NCBI GenBank assembly: GCA_963666115.2 | Contig: CAXXET010000006.1 | Coordinates: 352,001-416,000 of the forward strand | Source of the DNA: Dehalococcoidia bacterium | GTDB lineage: Bacteria; Chloroflexota; Dehalococcoidia; UBA6926 | Direction: 5' to 3' | Length of the DNA: 64,000 nucleotides | Shown here: positions 10,023-19,713 of the stretch, in pieces | How the letters are laid out: each line of letters starts with the position of its first letter | Position numbering within the stretch: the first letter of the stretch is position 1 | Notes under the pieces: generated by a model | Seen by the model: only the letters and a program-made list of their open reading frames with translations | Database searches by the model: none | What the model was told of the DNA's origin: nothing | Translations under genes and position numbers: made by a program

Positions 10023-11120
10023 CTAGCGCAGGCTGTCCCCGTCCGTATCGCTGAAACCGACGGATACGCCAAGCAGGCTGACGACCTCCGTGCTCAGCGT
10101 TCGCTGGAGGTCTGAAAGGCGGTCATAGACCTCGCGCACCTGCTCGGGCCTTTCCGAAAGAGCGCGGCGCAGCGGCACATCGACGTCGTCAATGGCCGCG
10201 AGCGCGTCATCAAAGTTCTGCTTCATGCGGTCATCGGTCTCGGCGGACAGCACACGCACGATGTCGGATATTCCGTAGCTTTGTTCGCTGTCATGTCCGA
10301 CGTACATATCCCTCATGCCAAGGATCTGATTGCGTAGATCTTCAAGGGCGTGTTCCCCTTTGCCGCCCGGCAAGAGTTCCAAGTCCGGGCCACCCTCGCG
10401 CAGCCCCATCGCAGACGCGAGCCGCATGTCAACTATCGTGCGAATGAGAAACACCTGGGTTCTGACGACTTCGGCAACGGCCTGGCCGGTGAGCAGGGAC
10501 GCGGTTCCGCGGTCGGTAAAGAAGTCCTTGTACGGCGTCGCGCGCTCAATCCCCGTCGTCCATTCCTCCGCCACAAGCGCCGCTTCAACGTCCACGACTT
10601 CTCCAAGAGACGTCAGGAAAGCGCACCGCGTTGAGTCCGGCCCGGACAGCGCCTGCACTGCGTCATCCGCGAATACCAGGTACTCGATTGCGCCCATCCC
10701 GCGCTGCGTGGACGACAACGTGAACCGTATGTCGTCAGGGGTTGTGGCCGGGTTGTTCTCCAGCATGTTTTCAATGCGCTCCGGCTCCACCAGCGGCCAA
10801 TCCATGATGCCCAGCGAGCGGCGATCCATCACGGGACCCATCCACGTTGCCTCAGAGCGCATCCACGGCGCGCGCGTGTCCCGCCACGCCTGTTGGGCGG
10901 CGGCCAACGTTGAGTCGGTCGGGTTGGCGCAGAGGGCGTCCAGCGCCACTCGCAGCTCGCCGGTTTTCACAGCGACGGACTCATAACCGGGGACGATGAT
11001 GAGATCGGTCAGGCTTATTAGAACCTCGTCTTCTTCCGGCGCTGCCTCGCTGCCCTGGTTGCAGGCGACGGCCAGCGCGATGAGCGCGCCCAGACCGATG
11101 AGTCGAACCAGTTTGATCAT
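10023..11120 (-). CDS. Imelysin family lipoprotein
   Basis: Lipobox AVAC; QRGMGAIEYLVF; C-terminal GVSVGFSDTDGD. Start ATG 11120 overlaps the DHOR stop (TGATG). Confidence 0.85.
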   Translation of the reverse strand: MIKLVRLIGLGALIALAVACNQGSEAAPEEDEVLISLTDLIIVPGYESVAVKTGELRVALDALCANPTDSTLAAAQQAWRDTRAPWMRSEATWMGPVMDRRSLGIMDWPLVEPERIENMLENNPATTPDDIRFTLSSTQRGMGAIEYLVFADDAVQALSGPDSTRCAFLTSLGEVVDVEAALVAEEWTTGIERATPYKDFFTDRGTASLLTGQAVAEVVRTQVFLIRTIVDMRLASAMGLREGGPDLELLPGGKGEHALEDLRNQILGMRDMYVGHDSEQSYGISDIVRVLSAETDDRMKQNFDDALAAIDDVDVPLRRALSERPEQVREVYDRLSDLQRTLSTEVVSLLGVSVGFSDTDGDSLR

Positions 11121-12529
11121 CACAACGACCTCAGAAACGTGATCAGGGCCTGCCGGTCTTCTGCTGCGAGGCCCATGAAGCTGTCTCGTGACTGCTCCGC
11201 CTCGCCGCCATGCCACAGTATCGCCTCTTCAAGATTGCGGGCGCGTCCGTCATGCAGAAACGTTGTGTGGCCGTTCACCGTCTCAACCAGTCCGATGCCC
11301 CAGAGCGGCGACGTTCGCCACTCCCGCCCGTTGGCCTCCGCATCGGGCCGGTTGTCTGCCAGACCCTCTCCCATGTCATGGAGCAGCAGGTCGGTGTAGG
11401 GGTAGATGATCTGGCTGCGCAGGGGCAGGACGGGAAAATCGTCTGCCGTCGTGTAGCGGGGCATGTGGCAGGAGACGCAACCGGTCTGCGCAAACAACTG
11501 CGCTCCATGGCGGACGTCGGGGTCGTCCACGTTGCGCATGGCGGGCACCGCGAGGGTCTGCACGTAGAACGTGACCTTGCCCAGCCGCTCATCCGGCGCC
11601 TCCGGCGCGCCGCCGTTGGGACGCGCCCGGCATTCCGCCTGGACCGGCGGGCAATTCTCGTGCGGGAAGTACGATGACGTGATGCCAATATCGCCGAGAA
11701 AGGCGCCTGCGGACTGCTGTTCAACGGTCGGCTGGTTTGCCTTCCAGCCAAAACGGCCAAGGACATACGATTGCCGCCCGATGTCCCACACCATGTTGGG
11801 ACGGCCTGAAACCCCGTCGCCGTCGAGGTCGTCCGGGTCTGCCTGCGCCAAGATGTCGTCCTCCCCTATAGCTTCCAGCAACCCCAGCCCGATTGTCTGC
11901 GGCGCGATTCGGGGTGAAATCATCAACTGCTCATGGAGCGGCCCATAAGCCGGCTCCGCAATCGTGTATGTCGGCTTGCGCAGGGAATACGACTCGCCAT
12001 CGGGATACGTCCCGTGAATGAACTCGTATCGAATGAGGATACGCCCCTCAGGTTGGACTCCGAGAATCGCGCGGTCCTGGAGTTGGCCTCCGTAGTTCGG
12101 CTCATCGACGGGGCCGTTTGGGCCGGGAATGCTGAGCCTGAGCAGCAGTCCCCGCACCGGATCGTCATCGTTATCGGGGGGCCGTGCCCGCCCGTCATGC
12201 GCGTGGCAGGAGGAGCACGACTGCGCGTTGAACGTCGGCCCCAGCCCGTCGCGCGCCTCCGTTGAGGCCGGCGCCGTCACCCAGTTCTGGTTGAAGAAGC
12301 TGTCGCCGATCTCGAACGTCCGGCGTTCCTCATTGGTCAGGTTCCGCGCGGAAAGCTCGAACGCATTGGAACCCGCGCTGAGCGCCGTCGTTTCGCCGCC
12401 AAGCATCTCGCCAAAAAGCAGTTCCGGATCGATGTCGTCCTGCCCGCCGCCCAGGCAGGCAGTGGACAGGACGACCGATCCAAGCACGATACCGGAAAGG
12501 AGCAGCGCTCGCGCCCGCGCACGGAACAT
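11120..12529 (-). CDS. Di-heme oxidoreductase family lipoprotein (DHOR/DUF1111)
   Basis: DGLGPTFNAQSCSSCH and GCVSCH (two CxxCH), GRFGWKA, YTDLLLHDMG, LHDGRAR. Confidence 0.92.
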   Translation of the reverse strand: MFRARARALLLSGIVLGSVVLSTACLGGGQDDIDPELLFGEMLGGETTALSAGSNAFELSARNLTNEERRTFEIGDSFFNQNWVTAPASTEARDGLGPTFNAQSCSSCHAHDGRARPPDNDDDPVRGLLLRLSIPGPNGPVDEPNYGGQLQDRAILGVQPEGRILIRYEFIHGTYPDGESYSLRKPTYTIAEPAYGPLHEQLMISPRIAPQTIGLGLLEAIGEDDILAQADPDDLDGDGVSGRPNMVWDIGRQSYVLGRFGWKANQPTVEQQSAGAFLGDIGITSSYFPHENCPPVQAECRARPNGGAPEAPDERLGKVTFYVQTLAVPAMRNVDDPDVRHGAQLFAQTGCVSCHMPRYTTADDFPVLPLRSQIIYPYTDLLLHDMGEGLADNRPDAEANGREWRTSPLWGIGLVETVNGHTTFLHDGRARNLEEAILWHGGEAEQSRDSFMGLAAEDRQALITFLRSL

Positions 12530-13734
12530 CAGCTAACGCTGATCGTGATTCCGATTTCCTCAGCGCCGGTGACGATGGTGTCCGTCTGGTTCTCAAGCGA
12601 GACAATGGTGGACCTGACGGCCATCCGTCCCGCTGTCTGGTCGGACACGCCCTCGGCCAGGTGCTGGTCGAATGGGTCGGGAATCGCCGTTGCGAGCGCG
12701 ACGCTGTGTCGGATTTCGGAAGCGAGTTGATCAGCCAACGCGGCGTCCTGCTCGGCGAAGAGGTCGCGGACGCCGGGGCCGGTCACCGTGCCGTAGTCGC
12801 CGAAGTAGACCATCTCAATGCCCTTCGCGTTGGCGATGATGTCCGCGTTCGTGTTGTCGGAGAAGCAGGAATGCTCATCTTCCTGCGAGCGCTCCTCGTA
12901 GGCGACCGCCATTCGCTCGCCTGCCAGTTCGCCGCGGCTCAGTTCGCCGATGCCGGTGATGATCCGCTGGATGGCCTCATCGGAGTCCAGGGCGACGAAG
13001 TCCGCGCGGTAGTTGTTTGCGCCGGGCGCCCATGCGTTGACCATCTGCTGGAGGTGGATGAGAAGCAGGTCTGAGGCGATGGCCAGGTACGTTGCCCGCC
13101 GGTGCGCGTTGGGGTTCGTCGTGTAGTCCTCGATTGGCCGCGCGCCGGGCGCGCCCGCGTTGAAGTCCTGGCCCCAGAGGAGGAACTCGATGGCGTGCCA
13201 GCCTGTCGAGACATTCTCCTCGCCGCCCATTTCATTGAGCTCGATCAGCAGGTTGGCGTCGATGACCGGATACTGCTCCGGGTTGTTGATGATCCCGGCG
13301 CCCGGATCGCCCTCAACGTAGTCGATGTAGGACTCGTCGAGCGGCCAGGCATTGATCAGCCCCTCCGGCCCGTCATCGGGATTATCGATTGGCCCGTCGT
13401 AGAACCGGAACGCCTCGGTCGGACCGTAGTCGTCGCGGGCAAGCAGCCAGAGCCGCTTGGCGGCCTCCAGGTTTGCCGGGGTGGGATCGGCGATGAATCG
13501 ATCGATTGCCGCGTCCATCGCAATGGCGGAATCCAGGCTGGTCGAATACAGATGGTGAACGCCCTCGGCGTAGTTCGTGACCACCGCCTGCTTCAACTCG
13601 TCATCGGGGCCGCTCGATGTCGTTGTGCAGGCCACCATCAGCCCGGCAATCAGCGCCCCGAAGATCAGAATCACAGACCTTGCTCTCACAATCGTCCTCC
13701 CTGTTGACGTGTTCTCTGCCCTATGGTTTGTCAC
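12529..13734 (-). CDS. Imelysin/IrpA-like iron-regulated lipoprotein
   Basis: INAWPLDESYIDYV, TGWHAIEFLLWGQD, EDEHSCFSDNT; lipobox MVAC. Confidence 0.9.
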   Translation of the reverse strand: MTNHRAENTSTGRTIVRARSVILIFGALIAGLMVACTTTSSGPDDELKQAVVTNYAEGVHHLYSTSLDSAIAMDAAIDRFIADPTPANLEAAKRLWLLARDDYGPTEAFRFYDGPIDNPDDGPEGLINAWPLDESYIDYVEGDPGAGIINNPEQYPVIDANLLIELNEMGGEENVSTGWHAIEFLLWGQDFNAGAPGARPIEDYTTNPNAHRRATYLAIASDLLLIHLQQMVNAWAPGANNYRADFVALDSDEAIQRIITGIGELSRGELAGERMAVAYEERSQEDEHSCFSDNTNADIIANAKGIEMVYFGDYGTVTGPGVRDLFAEQDAALADQLASEIRHSVALATAIPDPFDQHLAEGVSDQTAGRMAVRSTIVSLENQTDTIVTGAEEIGITISVS

Positions 13735-13868
13735 ACCAAAGCGGCGATTCCGGGAGCAACAGCCGTGGAGAACTGGACGTGCTGCGTATCACATTCAACG
13801 GAGGGGAGGTCCGCCGTTGCCGTTCTCTCGCGCCATTACGCCCGGTCTCGCCAACTTTAGCGTCATTT

Positions 13869-13909
13869 ACATTAGTAAAGGCAGCTAAACATGTCAAGAG
13901 GCAGCTAAC
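13869..13909 (-). promoter_or_regulatory. Sigma70 promoter of the imelysin operon overlapped by tandem operator boxes
   Basis: Minus strand TTGACA (13897-13892), 17 bp, TAATGT (13874-13869). Boxes TAAAG-GCAG-CTAAA (13876) and AAGAG-GCAG-CTAAC (13896). Confidence 0.65.
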
Positions 13910-13960
13910 AGCGGCGGAGAAGATTCAATCCTGCTTGGGCAGGGAGTGGGTGTCTGTGGG

Positions 13961-14650
13961 CTAGATAGGCCCGGAGACGCGAACGTGCTGGGCCCACCGG
14001 GTTGGAACCGTGACGTCCTTCCGGTCGATTGTCAGCCGGATGTGTCCGGCGCGCAGGTCCACCTCTTCGATGATGGCCTCGCGCCCCGGCACCACGTCGT
14101 TGTCGTGCATGTAATGGAGGAGTTCAAGATCGTCCTCCCCCTCCTCTGTGATGCGCCACACGACAATTGTCTCGCCCACGCTCGTGTCAGTCATCTTGCG
14201 CGCGCCCAAAAGCCGCTGCTCATCGGCCGATCCGGGAAACGGGTTGCCGTGAGGGCAGGTCGTCGGGTGCCCCAGGGACTCGTAGAGATGAGCCTCCAGC
14301 TTCGACGACAGCGTGTGCTCCATGTGCTCCGCTTCGTCGTCGGCGTCGGCCCAGTTGTACCCCAGGCTGTCGACGAGCAGTCTTTCAATGAGATAGTGCC
14401 GCCGGATGATGGACTCGGCGATACCCCTGCCCTCGGGTGTCAGCTGCACGCCGGCGCTCTGGTCGATGACTGCAAGGCCCTGGCGCTCCATCCTCTGAAA
14501 CGCCTGCGTGACTGCCGATGCAGACACGCCCAGCCGTTCGGCAAGGCGGGAGCCAACGACCCGCGATCCCTCCCGCACGGTCGTGTAGATGCGGATCAGG
14601 TATTCTCCCTGTACTGCGCTTGTGGCCTGGTGCGATTCGTCTTTGGTCAT
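13961..14650 (-). CDS. DtxR/IdeR/MntR family metal-dependent repressor with FeoA/SH3 domain
   Basis: EYLIRIY...LAERLGVSASAVT...LTPEGR...RRHYLIERLL...AEHMEH...LGHPTTCPHGNPFP. Start chosen at ATG 14650. Confidence 0.92.
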   Translation of the reverse strand: MTKDESHQATSAVQGEYLIRIYTTVREGSRVVGSRLAERLGVSASAVTQAFQRMERQGLAVIDQSAGVQLTPEGRGIAESIIRRHYLIERLLVDSLGYNWADADDEAEHMEHTLSSKLEAHLYESLGHPTTCPHGNPFPGSADEQRLLGARKMTDTSVGETIVVWRITEEGEDDLELLHYMHDNDVVPGREAIIEEVDLRAGHIRLTIDRKDVTVPTRWAQHVRVSGPI

Positions 14651-14764
14651 ATGCCCGTCTACCTTGGCATTCCTTGCAGGGCTCTGTTTGCCCCATTGTA
14701 CGACGCCCCTGCGAGGCGGCGTAACCCGCGCGCGTGTGAGACTTTTCACAAACGGCATTTCATG

Positions 14765-14798
14765 TTAAGCTCACTAAATATGTGGACAGTTGACTAAA
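14765..14798. promoter_or_regulatory. Putative tandem DtxR-family operator (dtxR/ABC divergent region)
   Basis: TTAAG-CTCA-CTAAA (14765) and GACAG-TTGA-CTAAA (14785), 20 bp apart, abutting the AAGGAGG RBS. Confidence 0.55.
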
Positions 14799-14816
14799 GG
14801 AGGATACCCTCATTCT

Positions 14817-15857
14817 ATGACGAATGTGAAGCTGATGAGCGTGAAGCTGGCGGTAATACTTATCCTGGCGGTTGGCCTTATAGCGGTGATTGCGTGCGGC
14901 GGGGATGATCCCACCGCGACTCCGCGCCCCCAGCCCGTTGCCCCAACGGCAACCACCGCGCCGGAACCCACCGCAACCACCGCGCCGGAACCCACAGCAA
15001 CGCCGACACCTGTGCCGGAGCCAACCGCGGTTCCGATTACCGTGACTGACATGTTGGGCAGGTCCGTCACGATTCCCGCAGCCCCGCAGCGCATCGCCAG
15101 TATCAGCCCCACGACGACGGAGTTCCTCTACGCGGTTGGAGGCACAGCAGTCGTCAGGGACTCCAGTTCACGCTATCCCGCCGAAGTGAATCAGCTTCCC
15201 GACGTTGGGCCGTCCTATACGCCAAACATGGAGCTTCTCGCCGAACAGACACCGGACCTCATCCTCTTTGAGGGGCTGACCCAGGGCCGCCACCTGCAGG
15301 CGCTGTCCCAGATTGGAGTCCCCGTGGTTGGCCTTCGCGTGACATCGTTGCAGGACGTCTACGACGGCATCGACCTGGTCGGCCAAATCGTGGATCAGCA
15401 GGAGGCCGCGGTAGCGCTGAAGGGGTCGATTGCCGAACGCATCGAGGCCGCCACCGCAAAGGTGCCGGAGGGCACGACTGCGCTGATCCTCATTCCCGAT
15501 GAGGAGCAGAACCTGTACGCGGCCAAGCCCAACTCCTACACGGGCGCAATCGCGGATGAGCTTGGATTTGTGAATCCCGCGGCGGACATGGCAGACGGGC
15601 AGCGCTTCCCCGGCTTTGCCCTGCTCCCGCCTGAGCAACTGGCAATCATCAACCCGGACTACATCTTCACCATCACGCCCGCGCCCCCGCCGGCCCCGCG
15701 TTTCGCGGATCTGTTTGTGGCGAATCCCGCCGCCGGCTTCCTGACCGCCGTGCAGATGGGCAACGTGCATGAGATTGATGCTACGCTGTTCATCCAGGCC
15801 CCCGGCCCGCGATTCGTGGATGCCGTGGAGATGATGGCGGAGTTTGTAGGAGGTTAG
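14817..15857 (+). CDS. ABC transporter substrate-binding lipoprotein (Fe-siderophore/heme/B12 family)
   Basis: Lipobox VIAC, PT-rich linker (PTATTAPE repeat), TVTDMLGRSVTIPAAPQRIASISP, PGPRFVDAVE. Confidence 0.88.
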   Translation: MTNVKLMSVKLAVILILAVGLIAVIACGGDDPTATPRPQPVAPTATTAPEPTATTAPEPTATPTPVPEPTAVPITVTDMLGRSVTIPAAPQRIASISPTTTEFLYAVGGTAVVRDSSSRYPAEVNQLPDVGPSYTPNMELLAEQTPDLILFEGLTQGRHLQALSQIGVPVVGLRVTSLQDVYDGIDLVGQIVDQQEAAVALKGSIAERIEAATAKVPEGTTALILIPDEEQNLYAAKPNSYTGAIADELGFVNPAADMADGQRFPGFALLPPEQLAIINPDYIFTITPAPPPAPRFADLFVANPAAGFLTAVQMGNVHEIDATLFIQAPGPRFVDAVEMMAEFVGG

Positions 15858-15864
15858 TCCGTAG

Positions 15865-16842
15865 TTGTCCCGACGCGCACTGGTCCTGCCCGGGCTGGCG
15901 ATACTGCTCGCGGTAGGCTGCCTGATCGGGATAATCTACGGCCCGGCCAGTATCGACGCCCCGGCGGCGGTGTGGGCGGTATTCGCTGACGGCGGGGATG
16001 AGGCCACCGAACTGGTTGTTGGCCAATTTCGGCTGCCCAGGGTCATCGCGGCGCTGGTAGCCGGGGCCTCATTCGGCGCCTCCGGCGCGCTCATCCAGAG
16101 CGCGACGCGGAACCCGCTCGGAGACCCACAACTGTTCGGCGTGGGCGGCGGCGCGGCGATCATCCAGGCCCTTGCCATGGCCGGTCTCATCACTGCGAGC
16201 GCATGGGGCTTGGCGGCGCTGTCCGTCGTCGCCTGCCTGGTGATTTCGATCCTGATATTCCTGTTCGCCTCCCGCGAGGACCTCACGCCGACCCGTCTGG
16301 CTCTCATTGGCGTCTCGGTTGGCGCGCTCGCCCTTGCGGTGACGGCGGGCATACTGGCCTATGCCCGCGTCTTTAGCGTGCAGTCCATCTTTCTCATCAG
16401 CGGTAGCGTGACGAATCGCTCCTGGGATGACATCACGCCTGCTCTTCCGTTCCTGGTCGTTGGGCTAATGCTGGCTGTGGTGGCTGCCGGTCGACTCAAC
16501 GTGTTGGCGCTGGGCGACCGCCTTGCGCGCCACCTCGGGGCGAACCCGAACCGGACTCGCCTTGTCGCGATGGCATCGGCAGGCGTGCTCGCCGGCGCGG
16601 GAGTTTCATTGGCGGGTGTCGTCGGATTCGTCGGCCTGCTCACGCCGCACCTCGTGCGTCTGTTGGTGGGCAACGACGCGAGAATCGTGTTCGCGGTTTC
16701 CATCCCGACTGGAGCGGCCATCGTGCTCTACGCCGATCAGATCGCCAGGCTCACCTTCATGCCCTCTGAAATCCCCGTCGGACTGGTCACGACGGCGCTG
16801 GGCGCGCCCCTGATGATTTGGATTGCCAGGCAGCTTCGGTGA
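15865..16842 (+). CDS. FecCD/BtuC family ABC permease
   Basis: RLPRVIAA, RNPLGDPQLFGV, GVVGFVGLLTPHLVR, EIPVGLVTTALGAP. Confidence 0.92.
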   Translation: MSRRALVLPGLAILLAVGCLIGIIYGPASIDAPAAVWAVFADGGDEATELVVGQFRLPRVIAALVAGASFGASGALIQSATRNPLGDPQLFGVGGGAAIIQALAMAGLITASAWGLAALSVVACLVISILIFLFASREDLTPTRLALIGVSVGALALAVTAGILAYARVFSVQSIFLISGSVTNRSWDDITPALPFLVVGLMLAVVAAGRLNVLALGDRLARHLGANPNRTRLVAMASAGVLAGAGVSLAGVVGFVGLLTPHLVRLLVGNDARIVFAVSIPTGAAIVLYADQIARLTFMPSEIPVGLVTTALGAPLMIWIARQLR

Positions 16843-16849
16843 CGCGCTG

Positions 16850-17557
16850 ATGGTCAATCACCCTCGTATACAGGTACAAGACGTGGTGTTCTCCTATGGG
16901 GAGCGCAGAACTCTGAACGGCATTACAACGTCGATAGCGGCAGGGGAATTCGTCTTCGTCCTGGGCGCCAACGGGATGGGGAAATCGACGTTGATGCGCC
17001 TAATGGTCGGGGAGTTGGAGCCGACCGAAGGCCGCATCCTGATCGAGCAGGACGGCGCTGCGGCCCGCCTGCCCGGACATGCCGGGAACATCGCCTATCT
17101 CCCGCAAGACCTGCAAGACCCGCCGTTCCTTTCCGTCAGGGAGGTCGTGAGCCTTGCGCGATTCAACCCCGGGCGCAGCATCGGCTGGCGGCTTTCCAGG
17201 GCTGATTCCGCGCTGGTGGATCAGGCCATAGACCAATGCGGCCTCGGACAGTTGGCTGACCGGCAGTTCTCCCAGCTCTCAGGCGGTGAAAAGCAGCGCG
17301 CTTGGCTCGCATTCTGCCTAGCCCAGCAGCGCCAATTCATCTTCCTCGATGAGTCCCTCCAGAGCCTCGACTACCACAGCCGCAACGACTTCTTCGATAT
17401 GCTTGCCGCCCTGGCGGAACAGGGAAAGGGGGTACTGGTCATCACGCATGATTTGGACATGGCGAGGCGGGCAGGCCGACGGGTCCTGGTTCTGCGGGAC
17501 GGCGCGCTGATTTATGATGGGGCGCCGGGGGACAGCCTGGCGGGACTGCTTGAATGA
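16850..17557 (+). CDS. ABC transporter ATP-binding protein (FecE/BtuD-like)
   Basis: Walker A GANGMGKST, signature LSGGEKQR, Walker B IFLDE. Confidence 0.92.
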   Translation: MVNHPRIQVQDVVFSYGERRTLNGITTSIAAGEFVFVLGANGMGKSTLMRLMVGELEPTEGRILIEQDGAAARLPGHAGNIAYLPQDLQDPPFLSVREVVSLARFNPGRSIGWRLSRADSALVDQAIDQCGLGQLADRQFSQLSGGEKQRAWLAFCLAQQRQFIFLDESLQSLDYHSRNDFFDMLAALAEQGKGVLVITHDLDMARRAGRRVLVLRDGALIYDGAPGDSLAGLLE

Positions 17558-17619
17558 TCTTTTCGCCCCCCATGCCCAGACCTTGCTGAGAGGCTGCCAA
17601 TCGCTGGAAGTGGTTGGGC

Positions 17620-18525
17620 TCAGAGCGTCCCCTTATAGTGCCTTCCGAAGCCACTGCCAAAGAGCCGCCTCCACCGGACAATCGAATCCCGAATTGACGG
17701 GCAGGCTAGGGCATCGCTCGCAATTCCCGCGTACCGATTGATGCTCTCTTTGAGAATCTCAAACTGCGCATCATCCCAGTGGCGGTCAAATGTCTCCGAG
17801 CCCAGCACAGGATTCCTGACCTTGGGTTTCCGCTGCTGCCTCTGCAGATAGCTGTCCATCCTCGTCAAGACCGTCGTCAACGTGCTGGCGACTGACCTCA
17901 CGGAGTCTTGCCCACGGTCGTCTGTCTGGATTGCGTTTGCGGCGAGGGTGGTGAGCATGATGGACTTGGCGATGTAGTTGCTCTCGCGGTCTCGCAAGTA
18001 TTTGAGTAGCCGTACTGCGCGCTTCAGGTTGACATTGGTGACCCTGCTCTTCTCATGGAACCAGTTGTGGTAGTGTTTGCCGTCCGTTTCCTCAAACCGG
18101 TTGTCAACACCGTTGCAAACCTTGTGTGTGTCGCCTCGTGTGATTCGCGGGACAACGTCCATGCTGAAATTGTTGGCGAACCTGATTGTGACGCACCTTG
18201 TGCCCAACTCAAGTTTGTCCCTGTAGTTTGGATTCTTGGCTAGCGCCTCGTGGACAGCACCGAGGTAATCCCTGGGTTGCCAACCATCCTGAGGATTCAT
18301 CACGATCTGGACATCGGCATCGTATTCGTCCTCCTCGTGTACGGGCTTGATCAGCGTGTCCAGGCTCAGGGAACCTTGCCGATCTATCTTCTGGAATCCA
18401 TCAAGTTCTCTACGCAGGTGGTTTTTGACACCGTGAATGCCGGAGCGGATCCTGCTGACCCTTTCCATGTTCGGGTTGACTTCGTCCCTCAGGAAGAGCC
18501 TGAATTGTCTAACAAGAGCGGTCAT
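17620..18525 (-). CDS. CBASS cGAS/DncV-like nucleotidyltransferase (SMODS)
   Basis: QGSLSLDTLIKP...EYDAD, RCVTIRF, MDVVP, VRLLKYLRD, NPV; follows patatin gene with a GAGGAGG RBS. Confidence 0.88.
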   Translation of the reverse strand: MTALVRQFRLFLRDEVNPNMERVSRIRSGIHGVKNHLRRELDGFQKIDRQGSLSLDTLIKPVHEEDEYDADVQIVMNPQDGWQPRDYLGAVHEALAKNPNYRDKLELGTRCVTIRFANNFSMDVVPRITRGDTHKVCNGVDNRFEETDGKHYHNWFHEKSRVTNVNLKRAVRLLKYLRDRESNYIAKSIMLTTLAANAIQTDDRGQDSVRSVASTLTTVLTRMDSYLQRQQRKPKVRNPVLGSETFDRHWDDAQFEILKESINRYAGIASDALACPSIRDSIVRWRRLFGSGFGRHYKGTL

Positions 18526-18541
18526 CGCACCCTCCTCGCGG

Positions 18542-19564
18542 TCATGTCAGCGCCGTGAACTGTGTCGCCGGCTGGGCCAGGAAAGTCTCGATGATGCGAG
18601 TCTCGTTTTCCTTGACGACCTGCCGCGCTTCCGATGGTAGCAGGCTTCTTGCCGCCTCCCAATCGTCCATCTCAATCGGCTCGCGTCCCTCAGGCCGATC
18701 GAGCCTTGTGATGTTGTTCCGGCCGATGAGTAGCCCCGCCTGGTTGACTGCCGTTTCCGATTGCAGGTGCATCTGAAACTCAAACACCCTGCGCCAGTGG
18801 AGCAAGCCGGCGCTCTTTGATTGTCTGTCGCTCATCTCAAACGGCTTTCCGCCGCAGCCGATGCTGAGGATGCGCACATTTTCAGGCTGCGCGTCGAAGC
18901 ATGAGAGAGCCTCCACCAGGGCCGCCAGCGTCGGGTTGTTAGCCCAGATACCTCCATCGAAGTACGTGTAACCGCCTCTGTGGAAGGGAGGGAAATATGT
19001 CGGGGCCGCAGACGTAGCGGCGGCCACCGCTTGCATCGGCGCGTCTCCGTCGAGTGTGTAATCGGGATGATGCGGTGTCTTGTATACCCACACTTCGCCG
19101 TTCCTGCCCTCGGTCGCGGGTACGAGCAGCCGATACTTCGAGTCTCGCAATGCCTTGCCGCCAACCCGTTCTCGGAGAAGCGCGTCCAACGGCTTGCGAT
19201 CATAGCGAGCCCGGAAGAACTGCCGCAACCTGCCTGGAAGGCCTCGCCGGAACTGGGGAAAGACAAGGTAACCCTCGTCCAGGTACATGCGCTCGACTTC
19301 TGTTGCGGTAAGCCCCGCCCCAAGCCCCAATGCAATGATGCCGCCGGTCGACGTTCCTGCTATGAGGTCGAAATAGTCCCCGATGCTCTGCCCGTTGAGA
19401 TAATCCCGCTCCAGAGATGCGAGGATGGTCGCCGGAAAGATACCCCTGATCCCACCGCCGTCAATCGAAAGAATGCGGAAGCGTTGGTCCGCGTTCCATG
19501 GCAGGCGCTTGCGAGGCTCCTGAGCCGTCGAATCTGAACGAGACGGGAGACTGTGAACGTCCAT
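18542..19564 (-). CDS. CBASS patatin-like phospholipase effector (CapV-like)
   Basis: ILSIDGGGIRG, GTSTG, YKTPHHP, SAAPTYF, DGGIWANNP; directly upstream of the CD-NTase. Start approximate. Confidence 0.88.
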   Translation of the reverse strand: MDVHSLPSRSDSTAQEPRKRLPWNADQRFRILSIDGGGIRGIFPATILASLERDYLNGQSIGDYFDLIAGTSTGGIIALGLGAGLTATEVERMYLDEGYLVFPQFRRGLPGRLRQFFRARYDRKPLDALLRERVGGKALRDSKYRLLVPATEGRNGEVWVYKTPHHPDYTLDGDAPMQAVAAATSAAPTYFPPFHRGGYTYFDGGIWANNPTLAALVEALSCFDAQPENVRILSIGCGGKPFEMSDRQSKSAGLLHWRRVFEFQMHLQSETAVNQAGLLIGRNNITRLDRPEGREPIEMDDWEAARSLLPSEARQVVKENETRIIETFLAQPATQFTALT

Positions 19565-19583
19565 GCCAGTCCAATCCAAAAAA

Positions 19584-19656
19584 TACCCCTGGGCGGACTC
19601 GAACCGCCGACACTCGGTTTAGGAAACCGATGCTCTGTCCTCTGAGCTACAGGGGC
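19584..19656 (-). tRNA. tRNA-Arg(CCT), CCA not encoded
   Basis: GCCCCTGTAGCTCAG...TCGGT-TTCCTAA-ACCGA...GGTTCGAGTCC...CAGGGGTA cloverleaf. Confidence 0.93.
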
Positions 19657-19713
19657 ACGTGTTCGATCTGGGAGGCTGCGCGACGCAAAAATCGCTGTGC
19701 ATGCCAGGCGATT

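Noticed and set aside
14950-14995. 24-bp tandem repeat
   Set aside because: Encodes an ordinary PTATTAPE lipoprotein linker.
17558-19583. Complete integrative element at tRNA-Arg
   Set aside because: No integrase and no duplicated att sequence found.
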